64,000 bases of DNA from Camelus dromedarius (Eukaryota). Below, in pieces: positions 11,895 through 24,990 of the stretch (position 1 is the stretch's first letter; each line of letters starts with the position of its first letter). The notes beneath the pieces are model-generated. The model searched no databases. It saw only the letters and a list, made by a program, of their open reading frames with translations, and was not told the origin of the DNA. The translations under genes and the position numbers were made by a program. The DNA lies in NCBI RefSeq assembly GCF_036321535.1, contig NC_087436.1, forward strand, positions 97,838,001 to 97,902,000. The letters are read 5' to 3'.

Positions 11895-12244
11895 TGTTGG
11901 CAGCCTTAAGTGAGTATGCCGCGGGGCCCAGGACAAAGTTCACAATAGCTTGCACCTGGAAAGAGGTAAATGTACGCATGCGCCAGTAGCATGAATAAGC
12001 ATTATAAACACCACGCATGCGCCAGTAGCCGGAGTCGGCATTACGGACACTACGCATGCGCCACTTGCATTATAAAAGGACAAGTGCATACACCCGGGGG
12101 CTGCCCGCCGCGTGCGCCACCCGCTTGCACTGCAGTAAAGTGCTGTTTTGCTCCATTTCGGCTGCTCGTGCATTATGTCGGCTCCTCACGCCTTCCAGTT
12201 GCATAGCTCTCCTCAAATCCCTCTCCAGCCTCCCTTGGCTGATA
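11895..12244 (+). repeat. 3' LTR of the ERV-S provirus (350 bp)
   Basis: Aligns end to end with 8598-8951. Three ACGCATGCGC motifs, TATAAAA at 12071-12077, AGTAAA at 12134-12139. Confidence 0.95.
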
Positions 12245-12383
12245 GGCATTAGTTCCATTCATGAGGGCTCCACACTTGTGAACTAATTACCTCCCAAAGG
12301 CCCCGCCCTCAAATACCATCATACTGGGGGTTAGGATTTCCACATATAATTTTGGGGAGGGCACACACATCCAGTCCATTGCA
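12245..12383 (-). mobile_element. MLT1A-type MaLR LTR, right part
   Basis: CCATTCATGAGGGCTCC...TAATTACCTCCCAAAGGCCCC...AATACCATCA...CAGTCCATTGCA. Confidence 0.88.
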
Positions 12384-14099
12384 CTTTGAACCCAACAGCT
12401 TGTAACTGACATGCTGTTCTGGATTTCACGTATGCTTCTTGCCCCTGCTCCCCACACACAGGCATCTTAGGTATTGCCGAGGTTGCCAAAATTTGCAAAT
12501 TGCCAAACGTCCTCATCTTTGCTTAAAGGTTCCCAACGTTGTCTGCATCTTGGAATCAAGATGTTGAGGGTCTTACCCTCAACAATTATGTCTGAGATGC
12601 CCCCAGGTGATCCTAACTGCAGCCAACTTGAGAATGCCCTAATGGTGCTAACCTAGGGAACCACTGCTCCATAAAAACCACCACTCAGCTGTGGATAAAG
12701 CCAAAGTTGAAATGCTAGGTACCCAAAGGTTTAAAGTCTCTTTCCTATGCCTCAATTCAATCGTAAAAACCCAATCGACCTGGTCCCTACACTGTACCAA
12801 GCTGAAAATGCCTCACTGTCCCACAGAAGTCCAAGTTTCAGGGTCAAATAGCCAACCTCACCAAAAGCTTATCCACACATTTGTTTTTCTTCTATAAATT
12901 CATCAGCATGACCACTTACAAAAACAACTCATTTTTATTTTCCTTGCATTAGTATTGGGACTTTTTAGGAGTCCTAATAAATATCATTCCTCTTCCTTGT
13001 CCAGGTCCTGAATAAGTTGAAAAATAACAAAATAGCACCTTATTTATGACAAATACCAAGTTAAAAGACTTGACTTTCACCCTGTACCTGGCCACACCTG
13101 CTGGGTAAGGTGGCCTAACTCTGTCGTTACCAAGTCAGTACATTAGCTTCTTATATTAAAGACTAAACAAAAGGTCAGCTTTAATTAAGAGACTGATTGA
13201 CGTACAGCAGAGAAAATTGTATCATGACAGCAGAGTGGTCTCTGAATAAAAGGAGTTAGTAGGGTGATCTTACTGCATTACTAATCAATCTTTGACCATT
13301 TAATGGATCCATTGCCACATGAATCCTATAAATGTCAAGTTAACTGGAGTAGTCATTTAACCTGAAATGGTCTGCTTACTTTCTTATTCACCCTATTAGA
13401 TTTTAAGTTTAAGAAATGGAATTATTTCTTTTAACCTTACCTCCAGCATCCAGTCTAGGTTAATGACACAATAAATATCAGTTGAGTTCACTGTAACACA
13501 ATATGAAAAATCCACCATCAAGTTAGGGACAGAAGGGCACCTCTATGATCTCATATGTTATAGAAAAGTTCTAAGGCACAGAAATGCTGGAAGAACCTTC
13601 CCCAAAACAGGAATCATCTCACGTAAATGGGAAGAGAAGAAAAAGAGTATGTTTGCATGCTTGGAAGCTATCAAGTAGTTAATAGACCTAGAGATCAGTG
13701 GATATATGAAGGCATGTTGTGACATATAGCTGGAGCAAATTTATGAATTGTCTGGTAATATTTTAAGGGATTCAAAGATTGTCATGTTCCTCAAGAAACT
13801 GTTGTACAAGGAGCAATTCTCCAAAGGAAACAAAAGATGTTTTCATTGTACTAGTGGACTTTTAAAAATATGTTACATGATGAATAACATTGCCTAAACT
13901 CGATCCTGCTCTGATTGAGAGTAAAACTGTCCTTGATCTTTGATCTCTTTACCTGAAAGCAACCTAGATTTGGAAAAACAAAAACAAAAACAAAAACAAA
14001 AAACCTTTCTGGTTATTAGTGACTTGATCTTTCCTTTGCTATCTTAAGTTATAGTAATAATAATAGTAAGTAATAATAACAACAATTCTTATGATAGTA

Positions 14100-14305
14100 T
14101 CTAAGAGCCTGTTGAGTCTGAGTGAAAATCTAGTTTTGTCTTTATCTGAATTACCATCCCTCTTCGTGTCTCAATCCCTTCATGTGTAAAATGAGTATAT
14201 CGTAGTATTTACTTCACAGACTTGTGAGGAATCCTTGAGTAAATCTGTGTGAAATCCTTGGAGACTGGCAAACAGTAAATGCTACATAAATAGTACCTGT
14301 TATTA
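14100..14305 (+). mobile_element. MIR SINE relic
   Basis: Core-like GTGTCTCAATCCCTTCATGTGTAAAATGAG and tail CTGGCAAACAGTAAATGCTACATAAATAGTACCTGTTATT. Confidence 0.7.
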
Positions 14306-17300
14306 CTGATAGAATTTTCTACAGACTTTCTACTTAAAATTATTTTTCTAATATTTACTTATATTTCCAATAAAATGGACTTTGTGTAAGTCAGTATTGA
14401 TGTTTTTAACTTTGAGTCTTCCAATCTCCAGATTTTGTTAGAAATTTCAATCATGATTTTATACTCCATCTGAAAAACTATATGATAACAGAAGCCCAGT
14501 TAGCCAAAGTCTGGAAAGGAAAAGTTGTTCATCTAGAAAAAAATAGTATTTTTCTCCATCTGAAAGCAATTTACATTCAGGAAATATTCACTCCTTAGCA
14601 GTCTAAGTCTGATGCTATGTGTTCAGAGCACGATAAGGACTAGATTTGTTTCACAATCTCTTGGCCTGCCATGTAGAAACCTCGTAATATCAAATGCATA
14701 TCATTAGCTGAGAACTGGAACAAAAACATTCTCTCAAAAGATAATAGTAAATTTTATAAGCTTCACTTACAGGTATCTTGTCCCTGGTGCTAGGAGTGTT
14801 ACAAAGAATACTGATGTCATATGACATAAATAAATGTTCTAAAAGAGTAGTATGATTCTTAAATATTGCTTTTTCTCTGAACTGTCATCTAATCAATATT
14901 AAAGTATCAATAAATACAAAATTGACATGTAATATTTATAAACAGATACAGACAAATGTAACTATTCAGGGAATATCAGAATTTTAACTTTGTTACTTCT
15001 AGAATCTTTCTTAAAGAGAGCATACACTTTATGGCTAAATAAATCATTGAGATTATCAATTGATTAGAATTAAAGCATTATTAAGATTAATCATTTTTCC
15101 ATTTCATTTGTGTTTTTCAACATCAGTAATATTAATGAGTATCCATTTGGTCAAAGAAATGTTCTGGGTTCTTACACAGATAAGCTTTTGTTTGGAGATC
15201 AAAAAACATGTTTAAATTTCATGAATCACTGAAATTATAAATTGTATTATAATTTCCATTGTCTGAATCTTCGAATTTGGAAGGGACCTGCAGAATTATA
15301 TGAACTTATTTAAATTATGCTTGGAACTATTCTATGTGAATTAAGTGCTGTAAACATTAAAATTATCATTACCCATTAGTTTTGTCTTATAACATTTTTG
15401 CACTAGTCCTGTATATCAGAATTGATATACTCTTCAAAGAGAGTAACACTTAGAACTGTTTTTCTTATAAACATATTCTGTATTTTGAAAATACACATTT
15501 ATTGACTGACTTAAACATGGGCCAACAGAAAATTTTTATGAGTATTTTCATTTTCAGTGAATGTCATTTTGGGCCAATGCAGATTTTGCAAAATTATATG
15601 AGGCTAAATAACAATTCTACATGGTAAAAGCAAAAGATATACGGATTTAAAGGAAAAGCAGAAATGGAAATAAATAGGATTACTTTAAAATAATTGCTTG
15701 CACTTTGAAACATGGTAACTAATCTCCTTTTAGTCTTGTGAAAGTCCAAGTACGCTGTACCTTACTCATTCTTATTTTTCTAAGCATATTCCTTAGTGAG
15801 AAGCTTAAAGGCATTCTTCTTATTAACCTCATTAGTGCCCTTTATGTAGGATTTGCTAACTAGCATGATCTTAGGGCGCAAAAGCTGTCCAGAACAAGTG
15901 ACTTTCCCTCTGCACTCACAAAAATTTTTCAAAGACAACTTCTGGTGAGCACATATAAGTTTCAGGCATGTGCTTGCCAAATGACACCTATTTTGACATA
16001 TAAAATTCTCTAGAAACCCAGAGAAGAATGTAACAAGGGAATCTGATTCTTATTTGTCATAATCTTTTAAGATATGTTTGTTCATCTGACTTTAAAAGAG
16101 AATGATAATCCTTAAAAAGATAATTATTCGTTTTTACCACATTATGAATTTACAAAAGAAAATCAGGTTAAGCCATTAGTATCCCTTTAAGAAAGGAAAA
16201 TGAATATATTATAGATGAAAACATCAACATCAAGTGTTGTAAAGGTTAACAGTATTCTTTTATTCATTTGATTCTTATAATATGATTAAAATGGTGATTT
16301 TTAATCACTTGTAAGAAAAATTAAGTCACTTCAAAGAAACACAGGTAATGGCTCTGCTTTAAACACCTTCATCTTAACGATGTTTTTTGAGAGTTTATAC
16401 AAATCAACACTTCAAAAGAAACAGCTTCATGTGATCAAAACAATCATTTTAATATGACTATTTTATTTGTTTACACCATCTTCAATTGTTGCTGAAGTTA
16501 ATAATGCCTCAGAACTGTAGCGTATAATGGCACAAAGGTGCCAGGGATGAAAGTACAAACAAAATAGCAAAGATGCTTCCACCGTGGAAAGCAAGGTCCA
16601 TGATGGCTCCCAAGACTCCAGCCCCCTGGTGTAAGGAACATGATGAGCCATCCCTCACTTGATTGGAGTCTAATCAGGCAACTCTGGGTTAATCAAAAGG
16701 AAGGTTATCTGAGGATACCTTCAAATCAAGAAAGGCAGGTGATTATGAGAAATGTTCATAGTAAGGTTTTCTACTGGAGGTTCACAGCACACTTCAGCTA
16801 TAAGCAGTTCTCTGTGTGTGTGTGTTTCAGGGGGTGGGGGAGTGGGCAGCATTTCCCCAAATACTGATGCAATGAGATTTTTATCCTTCATATAACTGAC
16901 ATGTTTAATATAACGTTCCTTGGGATAAGCATTGGAAAAGGCTGAATCAGACTTTGGAGTGAAAATTCTTCTAATGGTTACATTTGAAGTGTGTAGCTTC
17001 CCAGTGAACTTAAGATCAATGATCTTTGCATATTTTAAGCCTCTCTGTTTTACAATCCTTTGTCTTCAGAAGTCCTTCCTCTTGAGTAACTTTCCTAAGC
17101 CTCTGGCAAAGTTGAAGGAATTATGGAACACCGACTTGATAGAAAAAGATTGTCCTGGATTACATAGTTACCTAAAAATTTTAATTTAGTTCTCTGCCTT
17201 ATATATTAGGACTTTTTTACCTGCACTTCTAAATGGCTTCCTAACCATTCACCATAACTAAAAAGTTTTGTACAACTTCACATACAACTTTCCTGACTTC

Positions 17301-19468
17301 TGTACAACTATAACTTAGATAATATTTTATAATGGAAATTGGGCTATATCATGTTTTTGCCCCTTGGGTTGGAAGCCTCCACATTTCTTTTCCTTTTTGT
17401 TAGATTTTAAAAAGTATGTAAGTATGCTCCTGTATACTTAGTAATTTTAACTGAAATTCTTAAAATCTCCTTAAATATAGCTACATGCAAGTTATAATTA
17501 TCATTGTTTAGTTATATTTGTTACATTGTTCTCTATTTGACTAATTCCTTTAAAATAAAATGGTTATTTGTGTCATGTTTCAAATGGTAATTAAATAAAA
17601 CTAAGATGATTTTACAGCTTTAAAAATATTTTGATATTTGATATTTTGCTATTTGTTCTTGACCTTGGTTGTTAAGCTGTTATCTTTGCACATATATTGC
17701 TATTGACTATTAACAGCTAGGTGATTTTATGATCACATGTAGGTTTTAGAAGTATACCTGGCAATATTTGGGGGGATGAATTGGAAGGGAAAAGCATAGA
17801 GATAGAAGTATGAAAAGGATGCAGAGAGAAACAATCCACACATAAGGTCAATTTTAACGAGAGAGATGCTAAACTAGAAGTGAGAACGTTTCAGAAAGAT
17901 ATTATTTCAACTACTGATTATGGTCCTTTTCAAACATTAAAATTAGTCATTTATTTTATTTGTACTGTTAGCTTACTTTTAATGAATTCCTGGTTCATTA
18001 TTTAAAAGGGTTCTAGAAATTTAGCTTTAACTGTTGAAATTATCTTTGATATATGAGAATTTCTAAGACAGAAAGATGACTTTATTATAAACAAAGTCAG
18101 CTATATTGTTTTAATCAGATTTTTATAAGAGAAAAAATATGTTGTATTTGGTTTGTATCTCAATTTAATAACAAAAGATCTTTATGTTCTAAAATATGAT
18201 AGGCACTTCAAGTATATTTAATTGAATTCTTAATGATTGATAATTCACAAAGCTTGATGAATAATTATTTTTAGCACATTATTTAATAATTTTATGCTGG
18301 CTATTAGAAGACTCTTATCCAAATGTATTCAAAGTAAGATAATCCAGTAACAATGTTACAACTAGAAAATAATGGAAAAATTTTAATTGCTAGACTAGCT
18401 ACCAAGCCAAGCACTAAATAGATCTGCATTTTGGATCAACTAATTGGCATAAGAATTTTGTATATCTAGTTGATACACAAAAACTTCAAAGTGAACTAGA
18501 ATATTTAAATGGATTTTTTTCTTGCTAGTTAACAAATTACAAAATTAGCATTTTAAGCAAAGATTTGGGCACTCATCATAGATCCCGCTTGTGTTTTAAA
18601 ATGCATTAATGATTTTTAAAAAGATTCTATTAGAGAATCCCCATCTGTTAGTGAAGAACAAAGAACATAAATAATAAATGTTTTCCAGTGAAAGTTTCGT
18701 TTTGCAGACTATGACATATCAAAAAGGCATTCAAAAGAATTACCGACATTGCTGCATACAAGGATTATAAATTAATCTTTAACCATTTGAAAAATTTCAG
18801 CTCAGGAAAGAAACTTTTCCTCTAGGAGAGTAATAACATTCTAAATCTGAAATTGTATGTACTGATTTTTTAGCATCTCTGTAAAGCAAAAAAAAGGGGG
18901 GTAAAAAGCCCAAGAAGAGTGTTTAATATTTCATTATCTCTTCCCACCAACTGAATTTTATTTTTTCAAACTACTTTTAAAAACTAAAATATCTTTACAT
19001 GAGATCAAGCGAAATATAGATGATACCATTCCCAATGTACATTTTTTTGTACATTAAAGGGAAGATTAGGAAATTTAAAAACAGAAGGCTATTTGGCCAG
19101 TAACATCTCAATCACTGCATGTGGTTTTTCTACGACACTGGAGAAGTATCTGCCAACTAATTATTTTAATTTCAAAAAGTAGATTGTATATATATAAAAC
19201 ACATATTTCCCCTCTTAGTTTCCTTTTCCATTTTCACATACTTTATGCTCAACAGATAAAATTCACTTACTCCATATAAACCATAAGAACTAATAGGTAT
19301 GCACTTTCTGGATTTCCATTTTCCCTTAAAAATTGACCTATTTTTTAAAAAACAAATTCTTAACTTTCTCTCTTAGTTTTTCATCCCCCAAATTAGGCTC
19401 CTTTTCTTTCTACATTTCACCAATCATCTGTTTCTCTAAGAAATTCCTTCCCGAATTTACCCCCTGTA

Positions 19469-19663
19469 ATTGGCTAGGATATAGCCTCCAGGTATTCACT
19501 AATCTAGGCATCACTGTGAAACCATTTTGTGTAAGTGGTTAACACCTACAATCAACGGATTCTACGTAAAGGGGACTAAAGTAGATCATCTGGATGGGCC
19601 TGATCCAATCAGTTGAAAGGATTTAACCCTAGAACTGCAGTTTCCCTGAAGAAGAAGAAATTC
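19469..19663 (+). mobile_element. MLT2-type (ERVL) LTR, 5' part only
   Basis: CACTAATCTAGG..CTGTGAA...GGGCCTGATCCAATCAGTTGAA...TTTCCCTGAAGAAGAAGAAATT. Confidence 0.8.
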
Positions 19664-21448
19664 CAGCACTACAGCACTGGAGACTCTTTCTGAGACAATC
19701 TTGAAGGGAAAACCTCTAAGTGAGCCAAATCAAGCAGTTAAACTGGCTATTCATCTTGCTTGGAAGGAGAAACGACCAAGGGTATGCATCTATATCATTC
19801 CATAAACTGTGACCAATGGTTTGGCTCGATGGTCTTGGATTTGGAAGAAATATGTTTGAAAATCTGGTGACAAGGCAGTGTGGGGAAGAGACAGATATGT
19901 AGGCAGACCTCTTTGAATGAGCAAATAATGTGAAAACATTTTTGTCCCATTTGTGCGCCATTTGTGTGACTTTGGAAAAGGAGGATCTTATATTTAAGTG
20001 GATAGGATTACCAATTTTGTGGATACCAGTCAGTGTCTTCCCCCAGCTACTCCTGTTACTGCCCAATGATCTTACGAACAAGGTAGTCATGATGACAGGG
20101 ACAGGAGTTATATATGGGCCCAGCAACATGGACTTCCACTTACCAAGGATGATCTGGCAACATCCACTTCCTAACCAGTTTGCCAGCAGTAAGTGTCAAC
20201 ACAGTCCCTGATATGGCACCATTCCCCAAGGTGATCAACCAGCTAACTAACAGCAAGTTGATTATATCGGACCATTTTCATCATGGAAGGAGCCACATTT
20301 AGTTCTTGCTGGAGTGGACACTTACTCTGGATATAAATATTTTCCCCACATGCAATGTTTATCCCCAGACTGCCATCCATAGACTTATAGAATGTTTAAT
20401 ACACCATTTTGGTACTCTACACAGCATTGCTTCTGATCAGGTAATTCATTTCACAGCAAACAATGTGTTACAGAGGGCTCACATTCATGGAATTCACTGG
20501 TCTTACCATGTTGCCCACTATTCTGAAGCAGCTGGCTTAACTGCGTTGTGGAATAGCATATTGAAGACTTGGTTGCAATGCTAAGTAGTTGGCTATAGCT
20601 GGTAGCGCTGGGGCAATGCTCTCTTGGAGGCTATATGCTCTAAATCAGTGGGCAATATATAATGCTACTTTTCCCAACAGCCAGATTCACAGGTACAGGA
20701 ATCGCGGTGTAGAAATGGGAGTGGCATCTCTCACTATTACTCCTGGTTTTCCACTAGCACATTTTTGCTTATTATCCCCATGACCTTATTTTATGTTGAT
20801 GTAGAGGTCTTAGTCCCAAAGGGAAGAATGCTTCCACTGGGAGACACAACAATGAGTCTATAGAAGTGAAGACTGCCACTCAGCCACTTTGGGCTCCTCA
20901 TGCTAAGGAGGAGAGTCCCTTAGTGCTACCACACCCCGGGGTTATAGTCAGTGGAAATCTGCAACAGTCAAATTCAGGCAGGACTGCTAGTGGCCCTGCA
21001 GGAATGAAGTTCTGGATCACCTTATCAGGCAAAGAACCATGACAAGCTGATGTGCTTGCTGAGAGGAATATAGAATAGGTAGTGGAAGAAGGAAGTTAAA
21101 ACTATGACTACATTTTATGACTATGACTACATGACCAGATGCATAAATGAGAATTGTAATAGTTCACCCTTTTTTTGTTTTGAACATGGTTCTGTGTGGG
21201 TGTATAAACAATTTTGTTTTCTTCTCTTATTTCCTTACCATATAACATAAGAAATATTAATAACAGTTAGCTTTACATTGCAGTATGTAAGTTACAGGAT
21301 ATCAAGCAGAAGAGTAAAAATCCCTCAGGACTTTGGGGAAAGGAAGCATGTTTTTGGTTACATGCAGGATATTTGAATCATCTCAAGTGAAATTATAATA
21401 TTTCATTGTCTTTATTTGGATATTAAGTATGGTTTAAGGAGGTATGCA
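19664..21448 (+). pseudogene. pol: ERVL internal remnant: RNase H, integrase, dUTPase fragment and 3' region
   Basis: AQQHGLPLTK, YGTIPQGDQPA, QVDYIGP, GVDTYSG, HSIASDQVIHFTA, HGIHWSYHV..SEAAGL...WN, and dUTPase-like EVLVPKGRMLPLGDTT. Many stops and frameshifts. Confidence 0.88.
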
Positions 21449-21593
21449 AGTGTGGTCCGTAGACACTACAGCATCATCATTATCTGGGAGCTTCTCAGAA
21501 ATATGCATTCTGGAGGCTGACCTGGACCCATGAAATCAAAATCTTTACCTATGCCCTATGGTAATTTATATGCACATTAATGCTGGGAACTAC
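21449..21593. mobile_element. MER5-type hAT-Charlie MITE
   Basis: AAGTGTGGTCC...CAGCATCATCATTATCTGGGAGCTT..AGAAAT...TATGCACATTAA...GAACTACT. Confidence 0.7.
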
Positions 21594-21859
21594 TAGACAG
21601 ACTACTGACTGAACTTTCTTCCTCAGCACGCTAAACTCTGTAGGCACCAATCTTCTGTATCAGGGTTCCCTAAGTTCTCAAGCTTCTAGTTTTAAAATCC
21701 AATGCAATTTTTCAGTCCATATCTCAAATTTTTTAAATTATATTTTATTACCAAACTTATTTTCAGAGCTCCCTTTTCTTGTACTCAGAATCATTAAACC
21801 ACCTCATCTTTTCTAAAGCTGAAGTTGTCACCTGTAGAAGGTTTCTCAAAAATGTATTC

Positions 21860-22560
21860 CAATACCTATTTGCAGGTCAAAACAGAAAAGTGAGGGAATA
21901 GGTAAACCAAAAAATTGCTATATCCCAGAAACCACAGTGTGTAAAATATTTAAAGATGAAAAGTCAATTATGTCAAATTCTGTTAAATAGTTGAGTAAAA
22001 TAAGGAGTAAAAATTGACTCTCGGATGTCCTAATTAGGTCAGTGATGACCCAGTAAGAAAAATTTCAAGAGGCAAAATTGGATAGGAATGTGCTCAAGAA
22101 AGAACACATACAGGCAGATATTTGGTGCAATTTTACCCTAAAGAACAGATGATGGGATTATAGTTGAGTGGGTGATGGGAGGGGTTTAGGGTTTAGGAAA
22201 GATTTTTTATCACAGAAGATGTTGCCATCTGTTCTTATTCTTACTGAGTACTACTGATGATGAATGAAAGAACAGATCATTGCCGAATCAGAGACATGGA
22301 TGACATGATGATACAAATGTTGGCTATTGCACTAATGAGCAGTAAGACCTTGAGAGGAGGGAAAGCAGGGATTATGGGTACAGATGTAGGTAGATTATTA
22401 GATAATATAATGGAAGAATATGAACATTCATTTCTATTAGCTTCTATTTTCTTGGTTAAACAAGAAGCAGGATAATCCTGAGAAAGAGAGAACTGAATGA
22501 GAGGGAGTCTGTATGTGTGTGGCATGTTGGAGAAAGGAGAGTTAGGAAATAATTGCCTGA
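21860..22560 (-). mobile_element. L2 internal fragment
   Basis: TGTCAAAT...GAGTAAAATAAGGA...AGGTCAGTGATGACC and GCTTCTATTTTCTTGG, typical of antisense L2. Confidence 0.55.
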
Positions 22561-24119
22561 GAGAAGTTAATACGTATTAAAGGTACAACAGAAAAAGGTT
22601 AGAAAAGAAAGTGCATGTTATGTTACTGTAATTTTTACCTATACTTTTAAGTTAAGATACAGATAATTAAAATATTTTGGAGGATTTTTAAATAAAGATT
22701 TATATTAGATTATGCAAAATAAGGTTTTGAAATATAACGACAACACTTTAAGATTATACATTTTAACGTAAAATCTGTTTTGCTACATCTTTGAAAAAAT
22801 AATACACCTCATTTTATTGAATTTTCAGAGCCTTATCTAAGAACATTTAAAACTAACTGTTCTTATGGGCAATACGCCAAACAGCTTGCAATTTGTTGAC
22901 TCATTCACAGCTAGCTGAAACTGAATTCTAACTATCCCCAGTGGTAGAAGTTTAATCATTTGGATCACTGCTTACTCTGGAAACAAACTGAGCAGAAATT
23001 GAAATTATCGTCCTTCCAAATCCAAGAAACTTTCTCAGGGGCATTGACCTATTTTAGATTTCCTGGGTAAACTGCACTAGACTTCATCCTAAACTCAGAC
23101 CATGCTATCAAAATTATCAAAACACAATGTATTTCACAAATTTCACAAGGCCTGCACTGTTTCTTCTAAAAGAAAAAAGAAAGGCCATGGCATTATTACT
23201 CCCCCACCTCATAGGTTTATTTATTCTTCTCAACAGGTAGAAGCATTTCATTCAGTATTTATTGAACATCTCCTGTGGGCACAATACCAGGAAACTGGTG
23301 ATAGTAAATGAGCCAGATTATATTGTTAGCAAGCAGATGTTCAAGCATTATCTGTCACCTGTGACTCGTGGGGTGCTTGACTTAGCTGATGTTGGAAAAT
23401 TCAGCAAAGCAGCTGGAATCCTTTATGTGAATGTGTGTGTTATTTTGCAAAGGATGTTAGTAAAAATGTAGTTCTTTGGAGATTGGTTTCCCGGTGTATA
23501 AATTCAGAAACTCATAACCTCAAATATCAGAGCTTTGCTTTCATCAATAACAGTGAAGACATCCATAGAAGTTTACAGGAAGTATCTCTGTATTATTATC
23601 ATCTCCTTTCCACCACTTCTTCTCTGAAAATGAGTTTTACCCAAAGCAAAGATGAGCTTATAAAATGAAATCTAAGATCAAGCCCAGCTACCATTGTAAA
23701 TATTAAATGGATTTTTCCAAATTTCTTTTGATCCATGAAATGTGTTATTAAATTAAAATAGTCAAGTGGATCTTAAAGATATTGCCAAAAATTGTAAAAA
23801 GAAAAAATGTATTCAGTCCTACAAAAAAGAAGTCTCTGTATAAATCAAATAAATCAGCTAATTTCCCATGATTATCCAGAAATACTGATGTAGGAAAATA
23901 ATTTGATTGACTTCTATCATCCTTCTAACTTAAACTATTTCATGAATCCCCATTTTCAGCAATGACTCTTTCTCTCATACTACTTCCTTTCCTTTCACTC
24001 TCCTTCTCTCCCTTTGTCTCTCATTCTCCCTGAAAGAAAAAAAAAAAGAATTAAAATAAAAAATTAAAATATATATCACTGAGATATTAATCTGATTAAT
24101 ACTTATACAAAAGCATACT

Positions 24120-24990
24120 TCTGATCCACCCTCTACCTGCTCAAATTTTCTCCAACAGTTTCAGTAAACGGAAGCTTAATCCTTCAGATTTCTCAAACAC
24201 AAAATTCTAAACTTATCTTTCTATACTGATCTTGTTTCATATCCTACACTCAAATTATAAGCAAATTTTTGTGGCTCCATCTTTCCAGTATATTTTGATC
24301 CCAACTACTTCTCACCAAATGCACCAACAGCCTTCTTGTTCAAGTTACCATTTGTCTCATTGCTTATAGTAATACCCAAACTGTTCTCCTTTTGTCCTCA
24401 CCCTCTTCTGTTCATTCTCCACATGTTAGCCAAGTAAATTACCCTACTCTATACTCTCCAGGGGCTTTCCATCTCTGAAACTGGCCTATGAGGCTCTACG
24501 TGTTCAGTTCTTTGTTGTTCCGCTGATCTGATCCCCTACCAGCCTTTATCTTGTGTGCTCTGCCTTAGCTATTTGCTGCCTTACTGCTCCTTGTTCATGC
24601 CTCATGCCAAGTATGCTCTGGCATCAGGGTGTTTACACTTCCTTCTGGTTGGAATCTCTTCTCTGAGGTAATTCCAAGGATATTACCATCCCTTCCTTCA
24701 GGTATCTGCTCAAATGTCACATCGTTGAGACAGACCTTCATTTACTAGCCCACAAAAAACCAGAGTACCTTCCCTTCCTATGTACGTATTTTATCCTCCC
24801 CACTCTGGAATATGTTTCCTCACAACCCTTAGTTGAATAAAAACATTTATTTCTCTATGCATTTTCTGTTCCCTATCATGTAGCTATGGGCTTTATGAGA
24901 GCAAAGCTTTTATGTGTTTTGTTCAATATTATGTCCAAAGCCTCCAAAAGAATGTCTTATATGTAGGAGACACTGAAAAAATTGTTTAAT
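24120..24990 (+). mobile_element. L2 3' region
   Basis: CTACTTCTCACCA, TCCTTCAGGTATCTGCTCAAATGTCAC, TTTTGTTCAATATT, ATGTAGGAGACACT. Confidence 0.7.

Larger units (their letters stand above)
8598..12244 (+). mobile_element. Internally deleted class III endogenous retrovirus, ERV-S (HERV-S-like) provirus
   Basis: Paired LTRs, PBS-Ser, gag/pro/pol/env remnants in order, PPT, and degenerate 5-bp TSD GGCGC (8593-8597) / GGCAT (12245-12249). Confidence 0.93.
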
